Positions 48,803-62,304 of a DNA stretch of 64,000 nt are shown one piece after another. The notes beneath the pieces were generated by a model. The model searched no databases. It was not told where the DNA came from and saw only the letters and a list, made by a program, of their open reading frames with translations. Numbering within the stretch: position 1 is the stretch's first letter; the number at the start of each line of letters is the position of its first letter. This DNA comes from Albugo candida (Eukaryota). The stretch is taken from the NCBI GenBank assembly GCA_040437565.1, contig JBDOQK010000039.1, positions 1-64,000 on the forward strand. The letters are read 5' to 3'. The translations under genes were made by a program, and so were the position numbers.

Positions 48803-48945
48803 AGTGTAAATAACAATGTTATATCGAGCCTAAACCGATTCAAGTATCTGTTACAAAACGAGTCGCGGCGTGTTCGCAAGTCGTCGGTTGTCAAATTGTT
48901 TTAACCGACCATATTTAATTGTATACTTGATAAAAAACGTCTACC

Positions 48946-51900
48946 ATGGAGGAAACGGATACAATGGCGTTATACCCGCCGACAATTCAATCGACTCTAG
49001 ACGAACAAGACAATACGCAACAGGAGAGTGACAATGAGAATGAGGACGACACCTTGATGTCGAATGATGACGACTCAATGTCATGTTCTTCCTCGATTGG
49101 ATATTACTCCGAAGAAATGGAGGCAGACAACGTGTATAATACAAATACAAAGTACGCATCAAGTGTTTCAAAACATTGTGCCTTGCAATCAGATCCCGAA
49201 AAAGTGTTGCAATTCACTTCTGATTCCGGCAATTCACCCAGTAAAGTCAATATTCAACCCATTCCCACCGAACCCACATATTTCACTACCACACCATATT
49301 CAGAATCGGATTCAGATAAAACAGGTACATTCTCAGATGTGAATCAGTTGACCGAATCCTGCGGCTTTTACATCTTCCAGGCTCCTCATGTCCAAGACGT
49401 TGCCCCATTGCACCCAAAGCCTCCTTCTGAAGGAAATGGAAGCCACAGGCAAGGTCTATACGACGATACGTGGCTGTGTGCTCAATACGCTCCAGCAATG
49501 CTGAAATGGCGCACTGGGAATGCCTCGAGCCTCATGAAGAACGGGCCATCCACCTCAGACGTAGACGATCTCTCAAACATGATAATGTATCCAGTAGGCT
49601 CCACAGACCAATACAAAAGCCTCAATACCGCACAAGCTGCTGGAGGCACAATAGAAGCCTCTACTCCCACTCGTACTTTTTCAAAGTCTCAATTGACACC
49701 GCTCATTATGTGGGCCTCTAATCGACATCACTACCAGGATGCTCGTGGATACTCGCTGACAGTCGCACGGAATGAGGTCGTAGGCTTTCATCTTTGCATA
49801 CGTTCGAATCGCGACTTTCTCGTCATAACAGACAGCGCCAATTGGTTTGCAGCTCAAGGTCATATCCCTCGAGCTCGTGTCGCTATCGATGAGTCTCTGC
49901 TCTCACCTCACTTGAAATTGGAGACTTTTCTCGTCAAGGGTGTGGAGATGGATGATGGCTCCTCGATGATGGAGTTTCTTGACCCATCTGGCACTTCTTC
50001 TCTGACAGAACCAATGCGAGAACATGTGCTTTACGTTCGAATTCGAATCGGTGCATCGGTCGCTGAGAATTTGTATGAAATTCCGCTTTGGATATTCACA
50101 CAAGCCCAAGGGTTTCAAGATGAGCAGATTACGTGGTCCAGCACCATTCGGCTCAATGTGTGCAATGTGACTCTTTCTAATCCTTCTCAATACAAATTCC
50201 ACCTTGATTTATGGCAACATTTTTCGTCACTCGCTCGAGCCCATCAGACTCCTTTATGGTCGGATGCTCACTTTGAAGTGATGTCGCGCTATCTGTCGAA
50301 ATTGAGTCAGTTGGGTCAGAAATGCGTCTCTGTTGTCGCTACAGAAATGCCCTGGGCTGGTCAGCAATGTTATCTGGAGACCAAGTACCCTTCGGCGCTG
50401 TATGAGCATGCGATTCTCCAAGTGTATGAGGAGACCAGACCGAGCTATTCAGAGGCCGACATCGAGCACACTCAAAGCTCGAAAGAGTCTGTGAGTCAGA
50501 TTTGCATCGATTTTAGCCATTTCGATCNNNNNNNNNNNNNNNNNNNNNNNNNNNNNNNNNNNNNNNNNNNNNNNNNNNNNNNNNNNNNNNNNNNNNNNNN
50601 NNNNNNNNNNNNNNNNNNNNNNNNNNNATCTGGAGACCAAGTACCCTTCGGCGCTGTATGAGCATGCGATTCTCCAAGTGTATGAGGAGACCAGACCGAG
50701 CTATTCAGAGGCCGACATCGAGCACACTCAAAGCTCGAAAGAGTCTGTGAGTCAGATTTGCATCGATTTTAGCCATTTCGATCGACTTTTGGCTCTGTCA
50801 CAACAATATCACATCGACACTATTGAGGTCTTTGGTTTATTTGCAATTTGGCAGGATACGGCTCATGGGTTCACAGGTCCCGTGATCGATCAAATGTGCG
50901 AGAAGCCTGACGCTCCACCTTCATCTCCAACTCGTAGTCGTATCAGTTGCACGGAAATGGATGCTTCTTTGACGCATAGTCGCGTGGATACGCTTGAAAT
51001 CGATGTAGAACCTCGACTTGCTCCATTGGATGGCTGGCGAATTCGTTGTTTCACAAAGAAAACTCAAAGTTTTCGATATTTGCGTGATCTACGCGATATC
51101 GAGCGCTTCATCACATTATTCTATGAGCACTGTGTGGAGCTATCGATTATCGAAAACGTCCGAATATGTGCCGATGAGCCGAGCAATGTCGAGCTCTTCC
51201 TCGCTCAGATGGAATTCATCCAACGTCTTGCGCCAAAATTCAAATACAAAGTCGCAATCAATCATTTCGACTTTTTTCATGTCGCTCCGCCTCAGGTCGT
51301 CGATTATGTTCCCATTCTTCCACTCGCATGTCGCGATATGGAAATCACACGTCAGACATTGGAAGGCATTCGCGCCAAAGGCGNNNNNNNNNNNNNNNNN
51401 NNNNNNNNNNNNNNNNNNNNNNNNNNNNNNNNNNNNNNNNNNNNNNNNNNNNNNNNNNNNNNNNNNNNNNNNNNNNNNNNNNNATCTACGCGATATCGAG
51501 CGCTTCATCACATTATTCTATGAGCACTGTGTGGAGCTATCGATTATCGAAAACGTCCGAATATGTGCCGATGAGCCGAGCAATGTCGAGCTCTTCCTCG
51601 CTCAGATGGAATTCATCCAACGTCTTGCGCCAAAATTCAAATACAAAGTCGCAATCAATCATTTCGACTTTTTTCATGTCGCTCCGCCTCAGGTCGTCGA
51701 TTATGTTCCCATTCTTCCACTCGCATGTCGCGATATGGAAATCACACGTCAGACATTGGAAGGCATTCGCGCCAAAGGCGGGAAGCTCTGTTGGTACGTT
51801 TGTTGTGGTCCATCGTATCCGAATCAGTTTGTGAGCTCTCCGCTCGTCGAAGGCGAATTGATCGGATATTTGACATATTTTATGAATTTGGATGGATTTC

Positions 51901-52442
51901 TGCGATGGAATTACTGTTTATGGCCAAATAATCCGTGGCACAAACTTTGTTGGCGATCGCCGACGTGGAAAGTTGGCGATATGTATTTCGTGCTTCCGGG
52001 ACGGGATGGTCGGCCAATTGAGACGCTGCGTTTTGAATCCTTACGTTTTGCGGTGCAGGCGTACGAGCTGTTAGTAATGGCAGAAGAGCTTTTGCTGGCG
52101 AGTTGTATGGAGCAATTGAAACAACAAGTCGCAGAATTAGTATTTCGGACAGAGAATTTCTCTGATTTCTGTCGTCTTCACGAGCGTCGTCCTGAAGAAC
52201 TCTATTCGTTAGATCCGATGGATTATCAACGGGCGAAAACACTCCTTTTGGAAACGATTGCTAATGCAAAACGAAGGAATCCCGCAGTATTGCGATGTAC
52301 AGAGCAAACGAATGACACGTGTGTGTACTCGGGAGGTCGTAGTGACCGCGTGGTGAGTCCGGTGAACCGACTGGCGGCATTGGAACATGAAATTGCTCGC
52401 GATGTATACGATTCCGATCAGCTTTTAAAAGGGTTCAAATAA
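48946..52442 (+). CDS. DUF4091 / GH123-related glycoside hydrolase-like protein, bacterial-like (~947 aa reconstructed)
   Basis: FHLDLWQH, PLWSDAHF, LGQKCV, DFSHFDR, RICADEP, WYVCCGP.YPNQF, DGFLRWNYCLWP, GDMYFVLPG, TLRFESLR. Joining 48946-50527, 50784-51383 and 51781-52442 (removing gap duplications) gives 2844 nt in one frame with no intron. Confidence 0.85.
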
Positions 52443-53697
52443 CACAATTTTTGTAAAAATGACTAAATTTTACGGTTTAAAGCTTATTCTAACGGCTCAT
52501 ATGGTGATGCATGTAACCAATTCAACATATTGTGTTCAGAACAGGTCTATGAAATGCGTTAATCATTGCCGGATTTCGAGTCAGCTTTGCGGATGCTCAT
52601 CAAAACCTCCGAAGAGGTGTTTCATGAAGGGGAATCCAAAAGATTTCATCATTCTCTTCAAGTGTCAGTTGCTTCATAAACACAGGTGTACATGTTTCCA
52701 CATTGTGTGTCGTATAAAGGGTAACGAATTCAGCACATATTTGAGTTTAAATCATCAGCGGGGTATCATGGGAATTGTTTCAGCCAAAAGTTCTCTTAGG
52801 TGAATACTTTGTATCCACAGCAGTGCAAACGCTTGACGCGCATACACATTTCAGAGTGGTGCGTGTAGTTGACATCATGAACGAATATTGTAATGTGAGC
52901 AGCTTTGTTGACTTCACTGTATGAGGAACAGGAAATCCGTAGTAAGCGACTCAGTTGATTTCGCTTTCTTGTAAAAGTACCAATTTCAATAATAATTGCA
53001 TTCTATCAGACATTTGCTGTGACGTATCACTACACCCTCTTTGCAGAGGGATGGAATGACAGCCAACAGCAAGTCGTAATGGAACCGTATTGCTGGCGTG
53101 GAGTATAGAAAGCTTCAATTCGGGTCAGAACTTTGTTTCATTTCATCGCGATCACGCGGATCAAGAACACGGACCAAAGTATTGGTCATCATTCCCATAC
53201 AAATATCAAGTACAAGTGCTCATTTTATGGGTGATAGTGATCAATTGTATTCTACAAGGCGTTGTTGGTTCAAGCCAGATTCAGATCAGATAGACATCAT
53301 TGCACGATAGTAAAGGGAACGATATACAAACGGAACGGACTCAGAGATGCACAAAATATGATTCCGGTGTGCTGCTATACATCAGCGAATTCGCATTCGT
53401 ATCTCAGAAGAGGGAGCTATTGTGTTCTTCACTGTCGTTGGAAAAATAATTTATGTGAAACTATGCGTCGTAGCGGAATGTATCTCATGCGTTCTCAGCC
53501 ATCCATTTCCATCGTACTTGAGAGAAGCGGGATTGTAGTTGAGTTCATTCGTACTTTATAGAATCTTGTAGGTACTGATTCGTACTTGAAGGGATATATA
53601 GTGTGATCTTCTGTTCCTTCCGCTGATATATGCACAGCCGTTATTGGTTCACAGTCATGGGATAACGGTTATGACAACACACACATCGCAATAAACG

Positions 53698-54389
53698 ATG
53701 AACATTTATTGGGAATGGCCTTTGCGTCACATTTGTGTGCTTCTGTTGCTTGTTTACGTCGCGTTTCAGATGCACTTACTTCCACAAAAGCTCGCCAGAA
53801 TCGTCAGTAAGGTATTCTTCTATCCGACGCTGCCGTTGACGTACTGGTCACGTCGCCACGCGTACTGGACACAGCTAGACTCCAAAGTCATATTTGGTGT
53901 AGCCTTATTAGAGACTCTACAACACGTCGAAATGCTTCACAGTCAAGGTGTTCGTGCCGTCGTCAATCTGTGTGACGAATATTACGGTCCAGTTCGCAAG
54001 TACGACGAATTGGCAATTGTCCAACTGTATTTGCCAACAATCGTACGTCTAATGTTCCGATGTCCATAACAGCACCCTTGACTTGTTTTCTGACTCTATA
54101 GGATCATTGTGAGCCTTCTTTGAATGACATTCGTAAGGCCATCGCTTTCATTCGCGACAAGACCCAAGCAGGTGCAATGGTTTATATTCACTGTAAAAGC
54201 GGTAATGGTAGAAGCGCAGCGATTGCATTCTGCTGGCTGTTGTATGCTCACAAGATGACACCTCTACAAGCTCAAATGTACCTTAACGAGAGGCGCAAAG
54301 TACGCAGAGAACTGTACAAACAACCGCAAATCGTAATGTATTACAGAGATCTCATCGAAAAGCAGAACACATGCAAACCGTTATGTTAG
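53698..54389 (+). CDS. PTPMT1: Dual-specificity phosphatase, PTPMT1-like (phosphatidylglycerophosphatase)
   Basis: FFYPTL, GVRAVVNLCDEY, LPTI|DHCEPS (intron about 54043-54101), VYIHCKSGNGRSAA; N-terminal hydrophobic helix. Confidence 0.8.
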
Positions 54390-54522
54390 TTAGCTGTGAA
54401 TTGAATCAGTTAACACATAGATGGAGTTGTTAACACTATATTGGACACACGGACGTCCCATGAGATCAAATCGTTTTTTATAATCAAAATTACATAAATG
54501 TCAATAGTGTCAACGCAACTTT

Positions 54523-57500
54523 ATGCATGATTCTCTCAACACCAACATGGAAGCAAATCCATCTCCAATTCCATCCCATCCTCCTCAATCACCGTCTCAA
54601 ATGCTTTACTCGCTCCTCGATCGGCTTCTTGTTTTAGCATACGAACAGTGCACGGATCCACCTCTATCTCATCATATNNNNNNNNNNNNNNNNNNNNNNN
54701 NNNNNNNNNNNNNNNNNNNNNNNNNNNNNNNNNNNNNNNNNNNNNNNNNNNNNNNNNNNNNNNNNNNNNNNNNNNNNCACCAAGTTGCCAAAGAATCGAT
54801 CTCATGCACCAATCCCGCGCCTTTATGGCCTCATATCTCTATCAATCCGCCGCGGAATTTCTTTCGCTTTGCACCAAACAGTAGCATCACGTTCCCCTCT
54901 ATCGATTGGTCTTCATTTCGCTCTTATTCCATTGCAATTTGGCTCTATATCGACATTTCATGGACATCGACCTCGACAAAAGGCCCCAAGCTCTCCTCTT
55001 TCACAGTCTTTCACGTCTCCAACCGCAGCAATTCATTGGGTATGGAAACCCAATTGTATTGGGACACCAACGACACAAAGCAACGAGTCTTTGTATCCAT
55101 CCAAAGTCGTGCAAATGCGTCATTTTCGACTGAAAGTCACAAACAAAAGCAAAAGCCCGAGGCCCAATTTTCCAAAATGGACGAAAATCAGCCGAAATCG
55201 GCTCTTTTGAACGGATGGGAAGCCGTCGATCGATGCATTGGCATACGAAATAAGCGGTGGCATCTCTTAGTGATCTCTCATTCCTCCCATTATCTCAAAA
55301 AGAGCTCTATTACGTGTGTTTTGGACGGAGAAATGCAATTTCAAGCTGTACGAAAGTCTCTCTCTTCCAATTCCGTCTCATTGAGTCTCATTGTGCTGTT
55401 TTATAGGATTTATCGTATCCTTCCGCGCTGATACACGCCTCCAATTGCTACTGTGGAGCCGGTCCGAATTCTCGATTGCGTGTGTCGGGAATCACAATGT
55501 ACCCGGAAGAGCTTCAGATGAACCAAATCGCTATGGTGTACCGCCAAGGACCCAATCGCCCACTGATCAGAACTGCACGCGGTAGATATCGAGATATTGG
55601 ACGAGATTTCGTCTCCGAGTTTCAGGAAGAGATCCCGAAATCATGTGAACTGAGTATGCTATCGCCTCAGGATCGAAACACACTCGCAGAGCTCGCCAAT
55701 CGACGTGTTCTTTTTAGTGCTGCGGCTATGGATCCGTGTGAAAACAATCGTAGCGTCGAGTGTATCCGTGAAGGCCACGTGACCGATTCGCAGTCGAAAT
55801 GGATCACGATGGAGAATGTGGGGCCTGCGAGCACGTCGACGTCCTCCGAGGTGCAATATCGCCATTTTCAATGTCACAGAGACGTCAGTAACGTGCGTGT
55901 CAGCGATATGTACGCTGCTTGGCATCATGTACTCGGTATTGAGGCGATTCCGGTTCTTTTCCATTACATTCTGATCGGGTACGAACGTACTGTGAATGCT
56001 GAAGGATTGGATAAATGCATGGAGAGTATTTTCATCAATCTGCTTTGGATTTTAGCGGCATTATTGTCCGATACCATCGAGAATCAGGAGGGGTTCTTGC
56101 AGACGTTTGGATGTCACATGCTTTATCATACATTTCTCCAACATAAAGCGAGCGTTCGTCGTGTATGGATGACGGAAGGCTGCCTATCGTCCATGTTTGA
56201 ATTCGTGCAAGGACTGAAAAGGCTTTCGTTTGTGGACAAAATCTCATCGCAAAAGAGTATATGGAACACGAATCCTCTCTTTGGCACAGCACTACGGGTT
56301 TTCTTCCTGGACAATGAGATTTGGAAAGAATCGGTGGGGCTCAAGACACAAGCGTATTTCTACCATCATCTCTTGGCCGTCATCACGCAATCGCCTGGCA
56401 TCATCAACGAGCTGGGAGGTGTTTCGCGGCTTCTTGAGACGTTAGAGCGCGTGTCCGAGCGTGATGAAGCAGAAGTGAAGGAATGCGTCCAAGCGATCAC
56501 TCAGATGATGGAGACTTGTCTTGTGGCACAGACATACGTGATGGATCCTGCAGAGAAGGAAGAGCTCGCTTTCATTCCCATAAGCGTTCCCGAAGAAAAG
56601 GTTGAGATCTCACCGACTGCTTCCAATTTGTTTGCAAGCACTTTGTCGGGTCGAAAGAATCGATTTCTGCATCTTCAGTTGGAAGGGATCGAATGGAGCG
56701 ATCAGAACGATACGCATGGCCAAAAGTCAGAGACGTCTATAGACTCGTCAGCTGTAAGCTCTATTTTGCTTCGAACAAGTCTTTTGCGTGATATTCGGCT
56801 CATTCTCGCATTTCTGCTTTTTTGTGAGAGCTCTGGCGTCGTGCTTTCGCTCGTACGAATGCTTCAGCGTCTATCGGATGCTCACATTGACGTCCGTGTG
56901 GCTCTATTGGGCTCCAATTTAATCGATTCCATGCTCATCATTCTGCGTCGAATTGACAAAAAAGCTGCCAATTCGACGGAAATCGACACAACAATTCAAT
57001 TAGCAGCACTTCGATTGACGATATCCTTCCTTTCTTGGCTCGAGTGTGTTCAAGGCCGCACGGTTTGGTGTGCGTTGGAAGAGCGTCTACAGACTCTGAC
57101 AACTCGCCAATCGGTACATCACCCGGCTTTCAATGTGATGCAGCGTATGCAGGCGCATTGGCGTCAAATGTACTCGGATTCCGACGGCTTTGGTGTGAAG
57201 AAGAGTGTGCTTTTCAACGAATTTCGGAAGCAAATTCGAACGTCAATGCTGTTTCCCGTTCATTCCCTTGGAAGACCGTATCCGTCTCTCCAGGAAGATG
57301 CTCCAAAACACAATCCTTCTCACCGGAATCGCGTTGTGCTTACGTGGGATCAGCGATTGGCATTAGGCTTTTTCGGCGCGTATCAGCTCCTCCGCCAACA
57401 GAGTTTCCAACAAGAGATGAAGACGGAGATGTTGGCTTCCGACGTGGCTGACGCGTTGGATGAGCTTCCATTACCAAGCATCTTGCCGTATCTTCCGTTC

Positions 57501-60500
57501 TTTCTATCCCATTTGGTCGCAAAGGAACGTGAAGAGATACTGTTACGACTGAGTGTATCTCTGAAAACGAGCGAACGACTTCAGAAAGAGCTCGTATCGA
57601 TGCCAGGTTTCTGGCCGACCGCATTTCTCCGTCTTTGTATGGTGGATCGAGACACAAACACAACGATGCAAACGGGTGAGGATCTCGTTCAGGACTTTAT
57701 CGTAACCTTGCTGGCAGCATCGATGCACGAGACTTGGGGATGGGAAGCGTTCCGGAATGTGATTTTGGCTGTACAAGCGATTCGAGATCAGGAGAATGGT
57801 CGCAGACGACATGTGCAGATCTCCATCGCGCCATTGGAATGGCTATCTCGTGTGACTGCTATTGTGCTTCAGCGAATGGCTCGACATCGTGTGATCTTCT
57901 CTCGCGCGCTGGCCGACAATGTGTATCATGTTCTCTTCATGGTGGAATCGCTTCTACTCACAGAAGACGACAACGCCGAATGGACTGTGTCTCAGCATCT
58001 CCTTCTTCAATCCGTTTTGGATCTCACGTTACGGCTGATGGAAAGCACGCAGAAAGCTCATCGTATCGGCTTACGTCCCGCGCTTGGAATCCTTTTGCGT
58101 GCTTTAGCGTTTGTCACAGAATTCTCGACGCTTCTGTCGATCATTGACCTCCTTGGCGATGCTCTACAGCACCAAGTGTATTTGATATCGGCTTTACGCG
58201 TGTACGATGATCTTCCACCTCGGAAAATCTCACTTAATACGTTGGCCGGTCTCCAGGAAGCGATCCAAATGCACGAGAAAAGATCGAATTTCGAGATCAT
58301 TGGCATTTTGCATCAATTTGTGATCAAAGTCGCCAGCAGCGGATGTTTCGAGGAGCTGCATTCCATTTCGTCAGACGCGGGCAATGACGCACAGCAAGCT
58401 CATGCAATTCTATCGACACTTGACGACGATTTCCAGCAATGTAATTGGGATACCTCGATGGATCAGCGTGCTCGCTCCGCGTTCACTGGAATCTGGGGCT
58501 CATCTCGTTGTTGTCGCGTCTTTGAGCCGGAAGGGAAGACCCAAAGCTTTGCGAGCGCGTGTGTTGGCGGGGAATACAGCAAAGTGGCAGATGCTGCATG
58601 GTCGGTGGAGATGTCGTGCGTTCAGAACTGGATGGAGCATGTGGTTTCTCTCGTTAAAAGTCGGAAAAAGAATTCGCATACACGACAGCGACTCGGATGG
58701 ACACACGCTGCTTGGCTGAAGCAAGAATACCTCTTGCGATCTCAATATGCTCACGGAAGCTTATCGGATGGATCCTTGGAATATTGGAGAAGAAAAGTAC
58801 AATATCGGCTTTGTATGCGGGAGACTCCAATGCCGTCGCGTATGCGGACGATGCTGGAAGTCACAATCGACTCCTTGGACGCGATCCAAGCTTGTATGAA
58901 GACATCCAAGCAAGCGCATTGCCTGGAGGTCTCTCGCAAGCACAAACATACCACTTCGCATTTCGTGGATCCACTTGGACGACCCGGAACTCAGCGTCGA
59001 TGCGATTTCGAGAGTAGTCGAAGCGATAGTCGCGCTAAATCAAAGTCGCTGGATTCCGATCCGCGTTCGCCATCATGGGAAGAACGATTCTGGACACAGT
59101 CTTCCGAGCAGGATAGAGACGAAATGGGCTTGTACATCGATCCAGGAGAAGGACTTTTGCTCCCGTTGCATCAGCATACGCTTCTACGCACAGATTGCTA
59201 TCGCGTGGTTCCTGAAGGTCTCATTCCCGGAACGCTTTTATTCAGTCCAAAGTATTTGTATTTCCATCCGAATCGATCGCTGCGTGAGCGTGCGCAAGTG
59301 AGTCGAATGACGCAAGACGATGCATCTTTCCAAAGGTTTAAGAGGGAATTCGCAGGCGGTTTGCGTCGCTCGTGGCGATGGAAATATAGGAATATCACAT
59401 CTGTGTTCCTTCGACGATATCGTCTCGGAGACTCGGCGTTGGAGCTTTTTATGAGCAATGGAAGTATTCATTTTCTGGATTTTTCAACTGATTCTTCGCC
59501 GAATGATGCGATGAGCGCGAAACGAGACGATATTCTTCGAATTTTGTACTCGTTACTTCCCAAAAGCGCCACAAAACAATTGCCGGATCGATCATGGAGC
59601 TATTTATCATCGGCTTGTAAAGCGTGGAGAAGCTTTGACTTGAGCAACTTTGACTATCTGATGATTCTCAACACGTGTTCAGGGCGTAGTTTCAATGATC
59701 TCACGCAGTATCCAGTGTTCCCGTGGACGTTGAGCGATTACGACTCGGTGGATCTCGAGTTAAAAGTCGAGTGTTCCAGTCCAAGTGCGACAGCGACATT
59801 TCGAGACTTGAGCAAGCCGATGGGAGCGTTAAATTCGGAGCGTTTGCGGGAGTATTGGGAACGATACAATTCCTTTGACGATCCTCTGATTCCCAAGTTT
59901 TTGTATGGCTCTCATTACTCCACGTACGCTGGCGTCGTTCTCTTCTTCTTATTCCGTTTGGAGCCATTCGCACAGCTTCATCGTCAAGTCCAAGGAGGCT
60001 CGTTCGATCTTCCAGATCGATTATTCACATCGGTGGCAGAGACGTGGGCCATGTGCAATTCGCAAATGTCGGAAGTCAAAGAATTGACACCGGAATTCTA
60101 TACATCGCCGGGCTTTTTCTTACGCAATCTCAATGACTTTGCATTGGGCGTACGTCACGATCGCATGCGTATTGGGGATGTCAAGCTTCCGAAATGGGCA
60201 AAGGGGTCGCCAGAGGTGTTTATTCGCCAACATCGTCGAGCACTGGAAAGCGAACATGTGAGCGCACAGCTGTGCCATTGGATCGATTTGGTGTTTGGAT
60301 ATCAACAACGCGGGAAAGCTGCGTTAGACGCTCAGAATCTCTTTTATCATCTCACGTATCACGGCGTTGTGGAGATGGAAAAGCTCACCGATCCGCTTTT
60401 GCGTGACGCTGTTGAGCTTCAGATCGCTCACTTTGGACAATGTCCCAAACAGGTGTTCATGGAGCCTCATGTGCCGCGTCCAAGCTTGCAAAGTCGAAGG

Positions 60501-62263
60501 AAAAATGGTGCTAGTGATGCATCCTCTCCCGCTGTATCGTGCTCGAACGATTCCAAGCGCGTGGAATGGCCAAATGACAAGCTGACAAGTTCTTCACGTC
60601 GACATTCCATCACCAACGATCTGATGCCAACACAATACATCGAAGAACCGCATCCTCTCTCGAAAACAGTGCGTCTCCAACGAGTGGATACTTGTGGTGT
60701 GAGGCTTATAAACGTTCTCTCGGAATGTATCATCGCTATCAATGAGATCGGTGCTGTGGAATTGCTTCATTGGCGAGTATTGCCTTGTACGAATCGGAAA
60801 AATGACGATACTTTGACACATTCGAGTGAGAAAAAGGCGAATTCAGAACCGAAAGCGTCTACAGCGGACACACAAGACTCGAATCTGGACGATAAAGCTG
60901 AGAGAGAATGGATCCTTCACGTCGAACGAGCTCGGGAAGATGTGGATTCTCTGCCTCGGATTCCCATATGTCGACCGATTCTTCACAGACTCGACGGATT
61001 GGAAATCACACAAGCGGCTCCGATACGCACGTCGTTGCATGGTCGATTGATTATATCGGGTGGCGATCCGAATGGCGGGATATATTTTCGATTATTGGAT
61101 TCCGATACGGGTCTTTTGATTGCAAAAGCGAGCGTATACGGCCACGACGATAGCGTCACATGTTTGGCGATTGATGCATTCCAACCTCATTCTGCATGCT
61201 CCTCGATGCACGCGATCACACCTTGCCACCAATTAGACTTTGACCAAGAGCTTCTCGTGTCTGGATCACGTGATGGAACACTGGCGTTCTGGATCGTCTC
61301 CAAGATGAAACAAGATTTGCTGTTCCATTCTCCACGCATTTCCACGAATCCCGTCATGTTCTTTCGCGGTCATCGAGGATCGATTGTGGATTGTGATGTC
61401 AGCACATCCGCTGGATTTGTGGTCTCGTGCACTTTTCACATTGGCATTGTTCAGTATCTTCACGAAAACGGACAAGTCGCATTTCATTTCAAGCCTGCAT
61501 CACCAACTGCCTTTACGGACGCAGAAGATTGTGAAGAGCTTCCATGCAACTCGACATGTGTGCTTGCAATCGTTCGTGCTTCATCAAAGGGGTTTGTGTG
61601 TGTGGTCACAAAGCAAATGTCGATGACCACCGGCACATTGCTACTGACGTCATCCAAAGTCATCTGCTCGATTTGTGAGGTGTATGACGTATCGGGGCAA
61701 TTGCATCATTGTCGAGAGTTTCAACATTGTGATATTTTGAGTCTGAAGCTTTCGGGGGACGGCAGTAAGGTCGTCATTTCTCTCTCTTCCGGGCGGATAA
61801 TGTCTTTCCACATTGACGAGTACGTGATCTCGCATTGTGTTTGTCGCAACGACTCAGATGTTTCTGTAGCTTCTCCGTCGCGTATGAGTACGTGTGTCCA
61901 AAAGACCTCCAAGGAAGAATATGTACCTCGGCAGTCGGTCCACGAGAAGCAAGTCTTCTGCTTGCGGTTGGATCGGACAATGGCACGTTGCTAATGCATC
62001 TCTTACCTGAAGCGGATGGATCCGTATCGTTTCTGTCCAATATGAGCCGTCTTTTTGGAGTCAATGCAAAACTCAAAATGGTCAAAGAAACAGTCCATCA
62101 AGCCCAATCTCTCGCGCTTACGACGTTAGGCAATGCAAAAGCAGTGACATCAACTGCTCGAAATATCGCCGGGGAAGCTTTTGGCGAGGCGAAAACTATG
62201 GTTCGCGGATTGTTGAAAAAGTGGAATCCGCACGCAGTGAGCGCACAAGAGAGTACTTTATGA
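54523..62263 (+). CDS. BEACH-domain protein (ConA-like, PH-BEACH, WD40)
   Basis: RRYRLGDSALELF, LSNFDYLMILNTCSGRSFNDLTQYPVFPW, FRDLSKPMGAL, LYGSHYS, VKELTPEFY, LPKWAKGSPE, WIDLVFGYQQRG, FGQCPKQVF, WD repeats; introns about 55348-55406 and 61820-61869. Confidence 0.95.
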
Positions 62264-62304
62264 AACACAACGATGGAATACGTTTGATTGAATGCTTTTG
62301 ACAT

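Larger units (their letters stand above)
307..54777. other. Fifteen 100-N scaffold gaps, most flanked by a direct duplication of adjacent sequence
   Basis: Examples: 407-578 repeats 135-306; 18830-19099 repeats 18460-18729; 42703-42864 repeats 42441-42602; 43319-43612 repeats 42925-43218; 51484-51780 repeats 51087-51383. Confidence 0.95.

Noticed and set aside
52459-53600. Several 67-114 aa ORFs between the GH123-like gene and the phosphatase
   Set aside because: No recognisable homology or consistent exon chain.
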